This document shows, one piece after another, positions 62,362-64,000 of a stretch of 64,000 bases of DNA (position 1 is the stretch's first letter; each line of letters opens with the position of its first letter). The translations under genes and the position numbers were made by a program. The stretch is from contig OZ024743.1 in assembly GCA_964016885.1 (NCBI GenBank), positions 267,530,001 through 267,594,000 of the forward strand, in the 5' to 3' direction. The notes under the pieces were generated by a model. That model ran no database searches and had not been told where the DNA came from. It saw only the letters and a program-made list of their open reading frames with translations. Source of the stretch: Eledone cirrhosa. Taxonomy: Eukaryota.

Positions 62362-62726
62362 AAGTTTCCGTTGAAAATTGAAAAAGTCATAGAAGTGAAG
62401 AGTGCCTTATGTAAGTACCAGAGCTAAATTTTATGTATAATAAACAATACAATATAATTACCTCATTACCAGAGGTTTCCCGAATAAAACGAATACGAAA
62501 AACGTCCTCATTCGTTCATCGGACAAGGCAATTTAAAACATAGTGAAATATTTGAAAAATCTCCTCACGAAAGGCAAGAGTTTAACGGGCCAAAAAAATA
62601 TATAAATAAAAGTAGTGCAAGAGATATATAAAAAAATAAGGAAATATAGTTAGGGTATATGTATATGTATGTATATTCACTCACAAATGTACATATGTGT
62701 GTATGTACAAATGCATGTGTATGGAG

Positions 62727-62793
<67 letters not shown>

Positions 62794-63292
62794 CTCTACT
62801 TTTGATTCATTATCTATTTGGTGGATATATATATATATATATAAATCAAGAAAGAAGAGTGACAGGGTTTGCTATACAATAAGGGCTTTAATCACATTGC
62901 TGACAATTCTTTCTCTGAACTGGTAGGTCTAGAGATCGCTACAATAACTGGACAACATCTAAGTGAACTCCCTATAACAATAATTTGTTATCCCGTATAT
63001 ATATATATGTATATATATACAATGATATTTAATAAATGGAAACTATATTTATGAAACCATATTTATTCTATTATATATATTTCAAGGGTACCAAAACTTT
63101 GGTACGCTTCAATCACATAAAATACAAAGTTTGTTTTATAAATTTTGACATAACCAAGAAAAGATACCTTAACGACTGAAGTTTTATTTGTGTGTGTGTA
63201 TGTGTGTGGAGGGGTGTCTGTGAGTGTGTGGGGTGTCTCTATGTGTGTGTGTTAGTGTGTGTATGTGTGAGTGTGTGTGAGTGTGTGTGTGC

Positions 63293-63359
<67 letters not shown>

Positions 63360-63928
63360 CGTGTGCAGATTGAAAGTGCGCTTAAAGGAATATAGACAAA
63401 AAGAAAACTTGAAATACATTTACCAATATCATGCATATTGCCGGACCAAGGTCTACGATATATGTTGCAGTCTTTCATATTTCCCTCACCAATTCATCAA
63501 CTCAACCCTATCACTAATAACTACTTTATCTTTATTACACATTAAACTCTATACAAAGCAATACTCCACTATCAAGAACAATATTTCGTTTTCATCAGTA
63601 GAACGCGTAACTAAACTCTTCACTTCAGTTCCCATTCTCAAAGAAAATGCTTATTATTTGAGGCGTTCGTTCCTTTTAAACACATCCACGTTTCCGTTTT
63701 TGTATTTAGCTTTACTATTTTGCCTTCTCCTTTATTCTTTGTATCTATCCAAAAAACTGTCTCAACCCCAACTAAATAATTAGTAGTTGCAGACATTTGT
63801 TCGTCTCGTATGCTTTACGATATATATATATATATCGATCATATCATAAAGCATATATTTCATATAGGTATAGTTGAGATTCGTAGTTTGTTTCTGCATA
63901 CACAGGCACATGGACACACATACAGACA

Positions 63929-63994
<66 letters not shown>

Positions 63995-64000
63995 AACAAG

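Overview
Eukaryotic, very repeat-rich, AT-rich window with no host protein-coding gene I can support. The SINE families and microsatellite load suggest an octopus/cephalopod intron or intergenic region (inference). Nearly all ORFs in the track are microsatellite artefacts. Real coding remnants are all retrotransposons: a decayed Penelope-like element (PLE, Naiad-like RT + GIY-YIG, 5828-8283), a second PLE GIY-YIG fragment (4161-5572), an RTE-clade LINE (27171-29105) and an L1/Tx1-like tail. The main signal is non-coding: about nine unrelated sequence families sit in (TA)n tracts, each insert is a fold-back with both 3' ends facing outward, and each carries a complete or partial type I hammerhead ribozyme with a short, usually palindromic stem III. 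Three of them are ORF-less tandem concatemers (468, 591 and 320 bp units). The 468-bp array (29517-35770) has about 4 + 9 near-identical units in opposite orientation and 13 hammerheads, which fits a retrozyme-like circular RNA copied by a PLE reverse transcriptase from both ends of a cut in (TA)n. All folds were done by eye and no database search was run.
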